Below the pieces are notes generated by a model. It was not told where the DNA came from and did not search any database. It worked only from the letters and a program-made list of their open reading frames with translations. Shown here piece after piece: positions 1-12,617 of a stretch of 64,000 nt of DNA (its first letter is position 1; every line of letters starts with the position of its first letter). A program made the position numbers and the translations under genes. The stretch covers positions 1 through 64,000 of the forward strand of contig NIVC01002106.1 in the NCBI GenBank assembly GCA_002269645.1. Reading direction: 5' to 3'. Origin of the DNA: Macrostomum lignano (taxonomy: Eukaryota).

Positions 1-3000
1 GCCGGCTAGATGAGGCGGAGGCTGAGGCGGCGGCGGCACACCGGCACTGTAATAGCCGTGCGACGGCCCTGAGCCTGACGGAGCAGCCACAGCCGGATTA
101 TCGGGCCGTTTCGGTGCAGCTAATGACACTCGAATCGGTTTGCGGCCAGGTGAGGATAATTCTGCATCTCAGTCATGGCTCGCTTGTGATCCTTCTCGTC
201 TGTGAACCGCACGAAGCCGTAGCCGCGACTGCGGCCATTGTCTAGTACAACCTGGAGGGCGGATTTGGGGGTGGAGAACTGCTTCGGGTTGGCATCTTAA
301 CATTCCTGTAAGAGTAGTAGGGGCGATTCTTATAGTCAGCTTTGATGGGCGATTCTCATAGTCAGCTTTGATGGCCGATTCTTATAGCCAGCTTTGATGG
401 CCGATTCTTATAGCCAGCTTTGATGGCCGATTCTTATAGCCAGCTTTGATGGGCGATTCTCATAGTCAGCTTTGATGGCCGATTCTTATAGTCAGCTATG
501 ATGGCCGATTCTTATAGTCAGGTTTGATGGCCGATTCTTATAGTCAGCTATGATGGCCGATTCTTATAGTCAGCTATGATGGCCGATTCTTATAGTCAGC
601 TATGATGGCCGATTCTTATAGTCAGCTATGATGGCCGATTCTTATAGTTAGCTATGATGGCCGATTCTTATAGTCAGCTTTGATGGCCGATTCTTATAGT
701 CAGCTTTGATGGCAGATTCTTATAGTCAGCTATGATGGCCGATTCTTATAGTCAGCTATGATGGCCGATTCTTATAGTCAGCTATGATGGCCGATTCTTA
801 TAGTCAGCTATGATGGCCGATTCTTATAGTCAGCTATGATGGCCGATTCTTATAGTCAGCTATGATGGCCGATTCTTATAGTCAGGTTTGATGGCCGATT
901 CTTATAGTCAGCTATGATGGCAGATTCTTATAGTTAGCTATGATGGCAGATTCTTATAGTTAGCTATGATGGCATTCTTATAGTTAGCTATGATGGCCGA
1001 TTCTTATAGTCAGCTATGATGGCAGATTCTTATAGTTAGCTATGATGGCAGATTCTTATAGTTAGCTATGATGGCCGATTCTTATAGTCAGCTATGATGG
1101 CAGATTCTTATAGTTAGCTATGATGGCCGATTCTTATAGTCAGCTATGATGGCCGATTCTTATAGTCAGGTTTGATGGCCGATTCTTTTAGTCAGCTTTG
1201 ATGGCCGATTCTTATAGTCAGCTTGATGGCCGATTCTTATAGTCAGGTTTGATGGCCGATTCTTATAGTCAGCTATGATGGCCGATTCTTATAGTCAGCT
1301 TTGATGGGCGATTCTTATAGTCAGGTTTGATGGCCGATTCTTTTAGTCAGCTTTGATGGCCGATTCTTATAGTCAGGTTTGATGGCCGATTCTTATAGTC
1401 AGCTTTGATGGGCGATTCTTATAGTCAGCTTTGATGGCCGATTCTTATAGTCAGCTTTGATGGCAGATTCTTATAGTCAGCTATGATGGCCGATTCTTAT
1501 AGTCAGCTTTGATGGGTGATTCTTATAGTCAGGTTTGATGGCCGATTCTTTTAGTCAGGTTTGATGGCCGATTCTTATAGTCAGCTATGATGGGCGACTC
1601 TTTTAGTCAGCTATGATGGGCGATTCTTATAGTCAGGTTTGATGGCCGATTCTTATAGTCAGCTATGATGGGCGACTCTTTTAGTCAGCTATGATGGCCG
1701 ATTCTTTTAGTCAGGTTTGATGGCCGATTCTTATAGTCAGCTATGATGGGCGACTCTTTTAGTCAGCTTTGATGGGCGATTCCTATAGTCAGCTTTGATG
1801 GGCGATTCTTAATGTAAATTTTGGGCGATTCACAAGGTTAATTTTGGGCGATTCACAAGGTTTATTAGCCCTAATTAGGGGCGATTCCCAGGGTTAATTA
1901 GAGGCGATTCCCAGGGTTAACAAGGGGCGATTCCTAGGGTTAATAAGGGGCGATTCACAAAGTTAATCGGGGGCGATTCCCAGGGTTAATTAAGGGCGAC
2001 TCAAAACTTCAATTATTTTAGATTTCCCAAACAAGTTAAGGCGCCTTAAAGAACGGCACAGGACGTACAGGCAAAGATAATAAACTAAAAGATAGCAAAG
2101 ATATTGGTGGACAAACCTTAGCAGACCGACACGAAGGATACCGCTTGAAAGCGTTGAACAGAGCCAAATCGTCGACATCTTCGCTTAGCTCGCCGACAAA
2201 CATGGAGAATTCCTGCACGTTAAGGTGCTCCTTACCGTAGCTGGCATGGTTCAGTTTGAATCGCCTTGGCGGACTCGAACCGCGGGATCTCTTTGCCATT
2301 TAGTTTCAGCATTGCATTCCGGCCGTCTTCGATATTGTTGAATTCAACAAAGCAATAGCCAAGCGGTTGCATTGTTGTCTTATTGCGAATGATCTTCACT
2401 GACACGACATTTTCACCCATGGCCGTGAATGCCTGCTTGATGAAGTCCTCAGTCATGTACAGGTCCAGCTAGATGGGAGAGATAAAGAATGGAAACATAA
2501 TTTTTGGGATTGATTAGTATTTGTAAAGTATATGTACATTTATTTTACTGTTATTAGACTTTGTTCTTATACAAATAACAAATAACAAATACAGATAAAA
2601 TAGACTTAGGTTAAAACCTCAAACCTCCTATAGATTCTTCATAGGAATATGTTTTATTGGACTTTTTGTTTATAGGTATATAAGTACTTACAATTTTCCA
2701 GCTTTAATGAAACTTTTGCCTGGGACTAAGTGGGCTGCCAATATGAAAAAATTAAAAAATGTAAAGAATGCTTTTTCTAGTGGTGACAGGACTTCAATTT
2801 ATTAATCTTATATACTATAAAGAATAATTTGATATACATAGTTTCATTTTTAATGATCTATTTTTAAGTCAGACACTTTTTTGGAAATACAGTCACTTAG
2901 TAAAAATAAGATTTGTAAAGCAGTCAAATTGAAAAAGAGAAATAATTTCAGAAATTTTGTACAATGTTGCATATGATAGGTCAAATACTGAATTCACTTA

Positions 3001-6000
3001 TTAAATGAAAAAGTGCCATGTCACTGTTTGTTTTTTTATTATTTTGCCATGTTACAATGTGCTATTCATCTCTTACTTTCTAATTTGCTAACTATCAAAT
3101 GGTGCTCTAAACTACAGGGCTATCTCAAAAGTAGAGTTTTTTTTTCTTGAGCTCTGTAATGAGCTCTTTTTATGCATGCAAATTTAGGTTTGGTATAAAA
3201 TAAAGTTAGCACATTTAGTTAAAATATATTAATAGAAATCCTCATTGAGTACACAATGAGTACACAAACACAATCTATGCAATATTTCTCTATGCTTTTC
3301 TTGATCAGGCATTCATAAGAAGGAGCTAGTATATTTGTATCTGAAAATTTTAGGACAAATTCAAAAAATTCTTATACCAAAAAACCATATGATAGTTTGA
3401 TTTTTTCCTTAATATACTTGTGTATACACAGTATTATTCTAACATTTTTTTAAAATATACAAAACATACATATAAATCTTCACAAAAAACTCAACACAGT
3501 TATTAAAAAAAGCTTTTTATCAGTAAAATGACCAACTTACTGACCATATTCAGGATCATGGCACACCTGCACTTGAACAAATCCTATCAAAAAAGTTTAA
3601 TTTAATTGATTGTGCCATGTGCCAGAATAAATCCGATCAAAAATTTTGCATATGCTATGCATTGCAACTATTCTTATCAAATATTCGGTTGGGGAGAAAG
3701 TTCCCGCGGTTTCTAGAACTTTCTGTCTAAGAACTTTCTGGAACATTCCAGAGCCCGGCTGTGTGGGTATATATTGAGGGTGGGTGTGTGTGATTCTAAC
3801 ATGCTATTTAAACCAAAGAGATTACTCACTAGTCACCAGCATTATGGATCTCTCTCGGGCCTATATTTGTGGTCTCCTGCTCTACGACTTCAAATCTGGA
3901 CTGTCAGCCGCAGAATCCAGCCGTCGCATCAACGCTGCATTTGGTGCGGGTACCGTGTCTGAACGCACTGCCCAGGACTGGTTTGCGCGGTTTCGTCAGG
4001 GAAATTTTAACCTCGAAGATTTGCCCCGGTCAGGTCGTCCCTCCGAGGTTGATGACGACCGGCTGCGCACACTTGTAGAGGCTGACCCTCGGCAAACCAC
4101 GCGTGAGTTAGTGCAAGTCCTTGATGTAGACCATAAAACAGTCACCAGTCATTTGCATCAGCTGGGCAAGGTGTACAAGCTGGCACAATGGGTACCCCAC
4201 CAATTGTCAGATTGGGACAAGGACCGCAGGGCAGAGGTGGCCACTTCTCTCCTCTCCTACAGGCGCACGCACAACTGGCTGAAGTCCATCGTTACGGGCG
4301 ATGAAAAGTGGTGCCTGTACGTCAACATCAAACGTCGACGATTATGGGTTGATGCTGACGCGACGCCTGAGCTGCAGCCAAAGGCCGGACTCCACCCACG
4401 CAAGGTCATGCTGTGCGTGTGGTGGGACTGCAAGGGCGTCATCTACTACGAACTGCTGCCACCCAACACATCGATTACGGCCAACCTATACTGCCAACAG
4501 CTGGACCGATTGGCCGCCGCCATCGCACAGAAGCATCCAAACCATGGCCCGGTACGATTCCTCCATGATAACGCTCGTCCACACACTGCTAGGGTGACTC
4601 GCCAAAAGCTACTGGACCTTGGCTGGGAATTGGTGCCCCATCCACCATATTCACCAGACTTGGCACCAAGCGACTATCACCTGTTTTTGTCTCTGGCCAA
4701 CGCCTTGAACAACAAAACCTTCGCTGATGATGAAGAGCTCGATAACTGGCTGAACAACTTTTTCACTTCAAAGCCAAAGAAATTTTACAGTGACGGTATT
4801 ATGAGTCTGCCCAAAAATGGCAGAAGGTGATTGATTGTGATGGTGATTATTTTATTTCTTAATTGGCTTTTTGTTTAAAAAAACTCAGTTTGACAGAAAG
4901 TTCTAGAAACCGCGGGAACTTTCTCCCCAACCGAATAAGTCTGCTTGCATTGTATGCTAGAACTTTTTTAAAGAAATAAAAACAGAAAATTCTATATTTT
5001 CTATAATTTTTATATGTCTACATTTGAAAGATACTATTAAAACTTAAATTTGAATCTGTTTCATAGAAATTGCAATGTTAATGTATTTTAATTAAAAAAG
5101 CCATCAATATACAAACACTGGTGAAGAAAAAATGCTAATAAAAAATATATGTTGGTGTTTTGTTTGCAAAAATATTGTCTTGCTGAAAGTTTTTTCTTGC
5201 AACAAATTGTGCTAATTTTTTGTCTTGCACTATACTGTGCTGGATTTTTTCCCTTTTGCACTGGGATTTTCTATAAAAAAAGCCATTGTAGTGCATTGCT
5301 ATGTTGGGTTTCTCCTTTGCTCTCACTATAGCCTTCCCCCATGTGCCTTGGCATTGTGTGTATGCCCTTGCACTATTATGCAACAATGGCACATTGTGCT
5401 CACTAGCTTGCATGTACTCAAACTAGTATATATATGCTTAAATATATGGCCATGAGAGCCCAAGTTCTGCACCCACACAAGCGCACTACAGCCGTCTTCC
5501 TGACTATGTCTAAGGCTTATTGAATCTCTTATTTTGGTGTAAGACCAAGATGGCCACACTAAGATAGGCACAATATTTAAACTCTATTATATCTACTCTT
5601 TTTCTATCATTAATTAGAAATATAATAGCTATTGTTATATTAATTATTATGTTTAATCAACCATACTTATAAATACTGATGCAATAATAGATTTGAAACT
5701 AATTACCTATAATACAAAAACTTAAATCTTTTTAGTGTCTATGCTAATCTTAATCTTAGACCATCTTAGTCATGTACCTTTATTTTTCAAAGGTGAAGCA
5801 TATCTACTAGTATCACAGAAGAGCAACTTGTTACCAAAACAACTAATTGTCACCAAAAGGACTTATTACTAAAACAACTTGCACCCAATAGTCATCATAA
5901 CTTATAATAATCAGTAATAATAATCAATAATAATCAGTAATCAGTATATTATCAGTAATCAGTAATTTTCCATTTGAAAAATACTGGTAAAACTTGTATT

Positions 6001-7746
6001 TGAATCTGGTTCATAGAAAATGCAATGTTAATATAAATTAATTAAAAAGCTATCAATACATTGGCAAACAAAAAATGCTAATAACAAGAAATTTTATATA
6101 CTAATTTTCTGTCAGAGAAAATATTGTCTTATTGGAAGCTTTTTTACATCAAATTGTGCTATTTTTGTCTTGCACCATATTGCACCAGATTTTTTCCCTT
6201 GCTGCTTTTGCACATTCTAGCACAATGCATGTCTAACCCTCTTTTGCATTGGAATTTTCTGTGAAAAAGGCCATTCTCCTGACTGTGGCTTGCATCTATT
6301 TTAATTAGTTTTATCCTTCTTAATCTTGTTTTTTATTTTGTAATTTTTTAACTGGAACCTAGTCTTTAACCAAATTGTTCAATTGCTTTATGATATACCA
6401 TAGCAAATGGTATATCATAAAGCAAAAACATTTGAGACTTGAAAGAAACAAGAAAAACAATTTTTTGTATGTCTAATAAGGTCCCTTCTATTGGTTACAA
6501 TGTTGGTAAAGGGATTTGCAAAAATATGCCATGCAAAAAAATGACCAAATCTAAATATGCATCCATGCACCAAATGGTCCCCATGCACCACATACCACAT
6601 TCTCAAATATGCAAGATGTCCAATTTAACAACACACTTTTCAGTTATTTTAACACACTTATATGGCCATTATTTTACATTTATAAACTTTTATGGGCATT
6701 GTAAGAAAGCGTTTATTATATATAATTTGCTTTAACTTGTCTTTAGCTATAAAAAGATATGTTGCCAAATTTGAATTTGCCAAATTTGTCCATGTTAAAT
6801 TTCTGTCATAGAATTTGTTTATTGCCAAATTTGCATGCACCCATATAATGGATACCAAATGCCTAGCTAACATTGTATTGCTATTAATAAGATAGATATT
6901 TGTTAACATTATATAATAAAGAAAAAATGTTGATCCTTTAGTTTCCCACTCTAAATTATTTGGTCCCTGGACATTTCGATGACAAGACGTTTTGGTGACA
7001 GCCTTTTCAATGACAATTTAAGACATTTTGGTGACAAATTTAGACAATTTGGTGACATGTTATAAAAATGAAAGTTAATTTAGTCTATAAGATAATAAGC
7101 TCATGAACAAGACTTAATACTCAAAACTTGTTATATTTTTGCACCATTTTTTGTCGCCATAGGCCTAAAACATGCAAAAATTATTGATTTCCATATAACA
7201 AGTTAACAAATTAAAGTGGGGTCGGGGTTCAGGGGGATAAAGCAATGGAATGTCCCAGCTTCCTCTCCATAGCCTTGATAGTGTAGATAACAAACTATAG
7301 GCCTAACCACAACTTTTGTTTGCATCAATACAGTAGATTGATTAGGCGACTCATGAAAATATGCTACATGTACATTTTTTACACAAATTGCCTTGAACAC
7401 AGTTATTTATCCAGATAGTGTCACAAAAAATAATGCCACTATAATATGTAAAATAAGCGACTTGATGTGTTGCGTCAGCTGACTGACATTATCTAGAAAT
7501 GCAGATGGGTCTGTATAAAAGCTGGACACATATTGGATACTGGACACACATCCAAAACTTGAATAAAAATACTTAGTATTAAATCTAACTTTGAAAAATG
7601 AACATTTTAAATTCATGTTCTTTGATCGGTTTTATGATTGGAAGAAAGTCTAGAATGTTATTGTAACAGTTTTTGCTATTACACTTTTAACTGTAGTTAC
7701 TTACATCACCCATCCAGATTGTGTGAGAAAAATTTTGTTTTGACAT
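1..7746 (-). CDS. TRNAU1AP: tRNA selenocysteine 1-associated protein 1 (SECp43), two-RRM protein; 3' end runs off the window; two apparent 1-nt frameshifts
   Basis: Exons 7746-7705 (MSKQNFSHTIWMGD|GTAAGT), 2468-2117 (LDLYMTEDFIKQAF...GYCFVEF...KEIP/GSSPPRRFKLNHASYGK...MFVGELSEDVDD...YPSCRSAK|GTTTGT) and 251-<1 (VVLDNGRSRGYGFVRFTDE...KPIRVSLAAPK). All junctions are GT-AG and phase 0. The motifs follow the SECp43 pattern WMGD...RFKLNYATYGK...YPSCRGGKVVLD. Frame breaks near 2283 and 146. Confidence 0.9.
320..1810. repeat. 26-bp minisatellite (GATGGCCGATTCTTATAGTCAGCTAT) in TRNAU1AP intron 2
   Basis: 26-nt periodicity read directly; a related GGCGATTC-core repeat of about 21 bp continues to about 1990. 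Confidence 0.95.
3684..4935 (+). mobile_element. Mariner (DD34D) DNA transposon, full length, 1252 bp, in TRNAU1AP intron 1
   Basis: Perfect 44-bp TIRs (3684-3727 TTCGGTTGGGGAGAAAGTTCCCGCGGTTTCTAGAACTTTCTGTC; 4892-4935), TA duplications at 3682-3683 and 4936-4937, internal transposase. Confidence 0.97.
3844..4862 (+). CDS. Mariner transposase (about 339 aa if one A is restored at 4813-4817)
   Basis: ATG at 3844. HTH with RSGRP, WVPHQL, TGDEKW, HDNARPH and YSPDLAPSDY, with 34 residues between the second and third Asp. As written the ORF stops at 4830; the conserved tail KWQKVIDCDGDYFIS* lies in another frame and ends at 4862. Confidence 0.93.
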
Positions 7747-8431
7747 TTTAATACGCGTTGCCTCTTTGACCTGATGATCTCGTATGACCACGAATAAACT
7801 GACTCTAAAGTCAGTACCAAAATAAATTAGTAGGCCCTAGCGTGTCGTTTTCATGTGCAAGCTATTAAAGATTAAACAGTGACACAATAATGACAAGAAA
7901 CAAGTGGAACTTGCAAAATCAATTTTTATAACTTTTATCAGCCAATAAAAAACTAAACTACCAACTTAGAACCATATCTCCAACGATGATCTGACTATCG
8001 GTACGTACGATCGATCGAACCGAATTTGTCTCTTCGAAGCATTTGAACGGAACCCATGCTTAATGAAAGACAAAATGTTATTAATTGGATAAAACAACAA
8101 AGTTTTGTCACCTATTTTATTTAAAGCCGAAAACTTTCCTTTGATTTTTTTGTTAGATTTATTTAAGAACTTTTAATATGTCTTTTGTTGAGACGAACCA
8201 GAGTAATTAAACTCGGAAGCTTATAAATCCTAAATCCTGATAGCATTCGCTATTTTAGAGTCAATCAATATTTTTTCTTAGCAGAACACTAAGAAGTCGG
8301 TCACGCATCGGGCATCTCGATCATTATATATAGCCAAAAAATTCATATCATTTCGCAATAGTTCCTACAGCTGGATTAATATGTAACTACACTGTCACTG
8401 TCTGGCTCAAGTCTTATTCTCTAGGTGCCCT

Positions 8432-8548
8432 GGGGCCCGTTCTATAAAGCCATCGTAAGATAAAATCGTTCTTAGCTCCTATCTCCGCCGTGTAAAAGTT
8501 CCGACGTACAATCCAACTTACGCTACGACAGCTTTATAGTACGACCCC
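8432..8548. mobile_element. Short MITE-like element (PIF/Harbinger-like ends)
   Basis: Left end GGGGCCCGTTCTATAAAGC versus reverse complement of right end GGGGTCGTACTATAAAGC; no clean TSD. Confidence 0.4.
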
Positions 8549-8676
8549 CTAGAGCTCACTCCCTAATTCTCAGGCAATCCAGCATTAGTAATGCTGATTT
8601 AGATAGGTGACAGTAGAGGAGTGGTATCGATCAGTCACTCCAAACCTAGCTACTGTGTGTCACGACGTATACCCCA

Positions 8677-8865
8677 CAGTATAGCGCAACCAGAAAATTG
8701 CTGAGGGGGGCAGATTCTCGAGGGTAAAGACCCAAGGGGGCGGAGGGATGCGGCTCTGTATTTTGGCGAAAATTCGCTTTATCCCTCCATTGCTTTTTTT
8801 CTGGTCTCCCTCCGCCTAAGGGGAGCGACCCCTCGCCCCCCGCGCCCCCGCTGGTTGCGCCACTG
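8677..8865. mobile_element. Degenerate MITE-like element with CAGTGGCGCAACCAG-type termini
   Basis: The reverse complement of the right end, CAGTGGCGCAACCAG, resembles the left CAGTATAGCGCAACCAG; TSD is poor. Confidence 0.3.
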
Positions 8866-9073
8866 CGTACCCACGTAATTAATCGAGTCCCTGCATGCAT
8901 GAAGGCATGACTTATAGCTACATGTACTTTCGAGGCCAAGTACACAATGACCAAAAGTTTGAGCTGAATTCTGTCCTGGAGCTACATGTATGTAGAAAAC
9001 GACAAATTTAACCAGCACACTACTACTAGCTGCATATCGATTGTGTGACATTTCGTATACCCTTACATGTATC

Positions 9074-10222
9074 TAGGGGTGTCGGAACCCGGGGGGGGGG
9101 GGCTGGAGCCCCCCACTTTTTAGCATGATCCTACAAGTGCCCATTTTGAATTTCAAGCAAGTGTCGGCCGGTTTTCGGCTTTGGCTTTTCTGAGTCTTGG
9201 AAGCTAAGGGTACCACCAGCTGATATACATATGTATAAGTTCATGTTGTTTTCAAACCCATTCTACTACAGTTTTTATCTAATGTGCCTAAGCCTAGTGC
9301 TTTTAGTGCAGGGGTCAGCAAACTTTTTACCTCAAGGGCCAGATTGAGAACAGAGCATGACTGCCCTTCTGGGTCCGCTTTGATGGGCCCCCTAAGCAAA
9401 ACGCGCGCCCAGGAGTCCCCATCGATGACTGCGGGCTATAGGGAGAGAGGATAGGGAATAGAGAAGAGAAATACGAGCGCAGGAGAAAGGAGAGGCGAAG
9501 GAATAAAGGAGAAGAGAGTAGACGAGAAGAAAGATAAAATAGGAGAGGAGAGTGGTGAGGAGATGAAAGGAGAGGAGAGGATAGGAAAGGAGAGGAGAGA
9601 GGTGAGGAGATGAGAGGAGAGGAGAGGTGAGGAGAGGTGAGGAGATGAGAGGACAGGAGAGGAGAGAGGTGAGGAGAGGTGAGGAGATGAGAGGACAGGA
9701 GAGGAGAGAGGTGAGGAGAGGTGAGGAGATGAGATGAGAGGAGAGGAGAGAGGAGAGGAGAGGAGAGGAAAGGAGAAAGGAAAGGAGAGGAGAATCTGAG
9801 AAGAGATAGGTGAGGGAAGAGAGCTGAGAAGGGACACAAACATCGAGCAGGATATTGTGAAGATTCATAGAAGCCAAGGGCCAGATAGAGAGGCTTTGCG
9901 GGCCACATTTGGCCCTCAGGCCGGAGTTTGCCAAGCCCTGTTTTAGTATTCAGCCCTTTTACTTTGGTATCTCTGATCTATAAATTGATAGTGCAGTGCA
10001 GTTGCGCATACATGTTTGAATCAGTTGAAAATTCGAACATTTTTCAGACTTTTGGCCACTTCCAACACAGAATTGTATATCGTCGGCCTGGTTGTCACAA
10101 TTAATGTCACAAACTGACATAACAGCAGGAGTTTGGGTGCCCTTAGACTAGAACAAAATCATGTGCAATGTGCCCTCTCACCAATAAGCCCCCCCACTTT
10201 GAAATATGTTCCGACACCGCTG
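9074..10222. mobile_element. Non-autonomous hAT element (outer)
   Basis: 15-bp TIRs TAGGGGTGTCGGAAC / CAGCGGTGTCGGAAC (13/15 match) and a perfect 8-bp TSD CATGTATC at 9066-9073 and 10223-10230. Confidence 0.85.
9309..9940. mobile_element. Non-autonomous hAT (Charlie-like) element nested in the outer hAT
   Basis: TIRs CAGGGGTCAGCAAACT / CAGGGCTTGGCAAACT (13/16), 8-bp TSD TTTTAGTG/TTTTAGTA (7/8), internal GA-rich simple repeat at about 9430-9830. Confidence 0.8.
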
Positions 10223-10674
10223 CATGTATCTGTCTTCTAACGATTCCTGTAAACAGTGCGATGTACGATTACATACTGCATAGCATTCTATGTTAAATAT
10301 GCATTATATAGTAATAGCACACGTACATATCATGTAGGACCAGAGTTGCTTTCCTAAACGATCGATAAAACATAAGTTAGTTGCATAAATAAGTAAAAAA
10401 TGCGCACAAGTGTATTCATTCGATAAATAATAAAAAATTGTTTAATAAACAGTTTTAGCCGCGGTGTACGTGCAGTTCGGCTACCAGACGCGTGCATTGT
10501 TGTGTAAGCTAATAAATAAATATATGAATAGATGTGTCATTGCATGCTGAATAAACAAAGTAGAAATAGATATGACAAAATATACGCCGCGGTAAGACAG
10601 CTTTAGCATGCAGTTAGCTAAGCAGAAAAAGTATATTTTTAGCTGAAGACTTGCGGTGCGTACGGTATAACAGA

Positions 10675-12176
10675 TTAGAACACAGCGTGTAACAGATGCG
10701 GTGCCTTTCTGAAGGCACCGTAATAAGCAAGTGGAGTTACTGAGTGTCTGATTGCTTTACTGCACTTGAGCAGTTCCATCAGACACAAGCGGGTCATCCA
10801 ATTTTGTAGATGCTGTTGTTGCTGCTGCTGCTTCTGCAGAGTCTGATTGTTGCTTCGAGTAATGAAGGGCCGGTGACGCTGGCTGAGGCGGGTCTGAATT
10901 GTTGATTTGAATTGCACTCTTTTAATTTAAGCGGATTTGATCTTATTGCCTATAACTCCTGCATTTTTTATTACTGTGGCTTTTATTATTGACACACTGA
11001 GGCATTCCTGACACTAATACTCTGATACTAGACGCTTTCCTGACACTGTCACCCGACACTAGAGGCTTTCCTGACACTAATACCCTGACACACTGACTAC
11101 TGATGCCCCTGACACACTGACTACTGATGCCCCTGATACACTGGCTACTGATGCTCCTGACACACTGGCTACTGATGCTCCTGACACACTGACTACTGAT
11201 GCCCCTGACACACTGACTACTGATGCCCCTGATACACTGGCTACTGATGCTCCTGACACACTGACTACTGATGCCCCTGATACACTGACTACTGATGCCC
11301 CTGATACACTGACTACTGATGCCCTGATACACTGACTACTGATGCCCCTGATACACTGACTACTGATGCCCCTGATACACTGACTACTGATACCCCTGAT
11401 ACACTGACTACTGATGCCCCTGATACACTGACTACTGATGCCCCTGATACACTGACTACTGATGCTCCTGACACACTGACTACTGATGCTCCTGACGCAC
11501 TGACTACTGATGCTCCTGACACACTGACTACTGATGCTCCTGACACACTGACTACTGATGCTCCTGACACACTGACTACTGATGCTCCTGACACACTGAC
11601 TACTGATGCTCCTGACTCACTGACTACTGATGCTCCTGACCATACAGACTCTTGTTCCTTCTGACGTGAGAACTTGGGTGTCAAGTGTTTACCGCACCGC
11701 AAAGAATTGAAATACAAATTTAGCTGCATTCGCACCTGCGTCCGACTGTCGCTCAGCTACGGCCGGTCGCGAGATGCAGAGCCGTTTGCGCAGATAACGA
11801 ATTTCCATCTGCAACAGCTTGTTCTCCTGCAATTATTAGTTAAAGCTTGTTGAAAATTTAATTTCTCCACAGTAATACCAAACATTCTTTTTAGACTACT
11901 GATGCCGCTACTGAGTAGCATCATGTGTATTTTCTGTCTCAGAGTATACGAAGCCAAACCTGCGTCAAATCGGCGATCATTCGCTCCATCGCTGCGTCGT
12001 TGAGTCGGCGCTTCTCTCGACTGCGCCTGGCCGCCTCGTTGTTCTTCATCCGTCTGGCCAGGTACTTCGCCTTGTCCGGCCCCTGCTCCTCCTCGGTGTA
12101 CGCGGCGGCCCCCTCGCTGGTGTCTACGCTTTGAACATCATCGGCACTTGAAGAAGTTGGCTGAGTTGCCATCAGC
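10675..12176 (-). CDS. PAR/E4BP4-type bZIP transcription factor (NFIL3/vrille-like); 5' end uncertain
   Basis: Exon 12176-11960 (YLARRMKNNEAARRSREKRRLNDAAMERMIADLTQ|GTTTGG) joins in phase 0 to exon 11826-11736 (ENKLLQMEIRYLRKRL). RSREKRRLND matches the E4BP4/vrille basic region. A Q-rich last exon at 10916-10675 is in phase but has a weak acceptor. Confidence 0.8.
11040..11640. repeat. 24-bp minisatellite (CTGATGCCCCTGATACACTGACTA) in a bZIP intron
   Basis: Direct periodicity; source of the SGASVVSV ORFs. Confidence 0.95.
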
Positions 12177-12203
12177 CTGAGGGGATTGAGAAATGATAGC
12201 TGA

Positions 12204-12617
12204 CAGACTGACTGACTGACTGACTGACTGACTGACTGACTGACTGACTGACTGACTGACTGACTGACTGACTGACTGACTGACTGACTGACTGACTGAC
12301 TGACTGACTGACTGACTGACTGACTGACTGACTGACTGACTGACTGACTGACTGACTGACTGACTGACTGACTGACTGACTGACTGACTGACTGACTGAC
12401 TGACTGACTGACTGACTGACTGACTGACTGACTGACTGACTGACTGACTGACTGACTGACTGACTGACTGACTGACTGACTGACTGACTGACTGACTGAC
12501 TGACTGACTGACTGACTGACTGACTGACTGACTGACTGACTGACTGACTGACTGACTGACTGACTGACTGACTGACTGACTGACTGACTGACTGACTGAC
12601 TGACTGACTGACTGACT
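12204..12617. repeat. (TGAC)n microsatellite
   Basis: Pure tetranucleotide run of about 410 bp. Confidence 0.98.

Noticed and set aside
2275-2292. Programmed ribosomal frameshifting in TRNAU1AP
   Set aside because: No slippery heptamer or evident stimulator; a second unrelated indel and the mariner homopolymer indel nearby favour error or decay.
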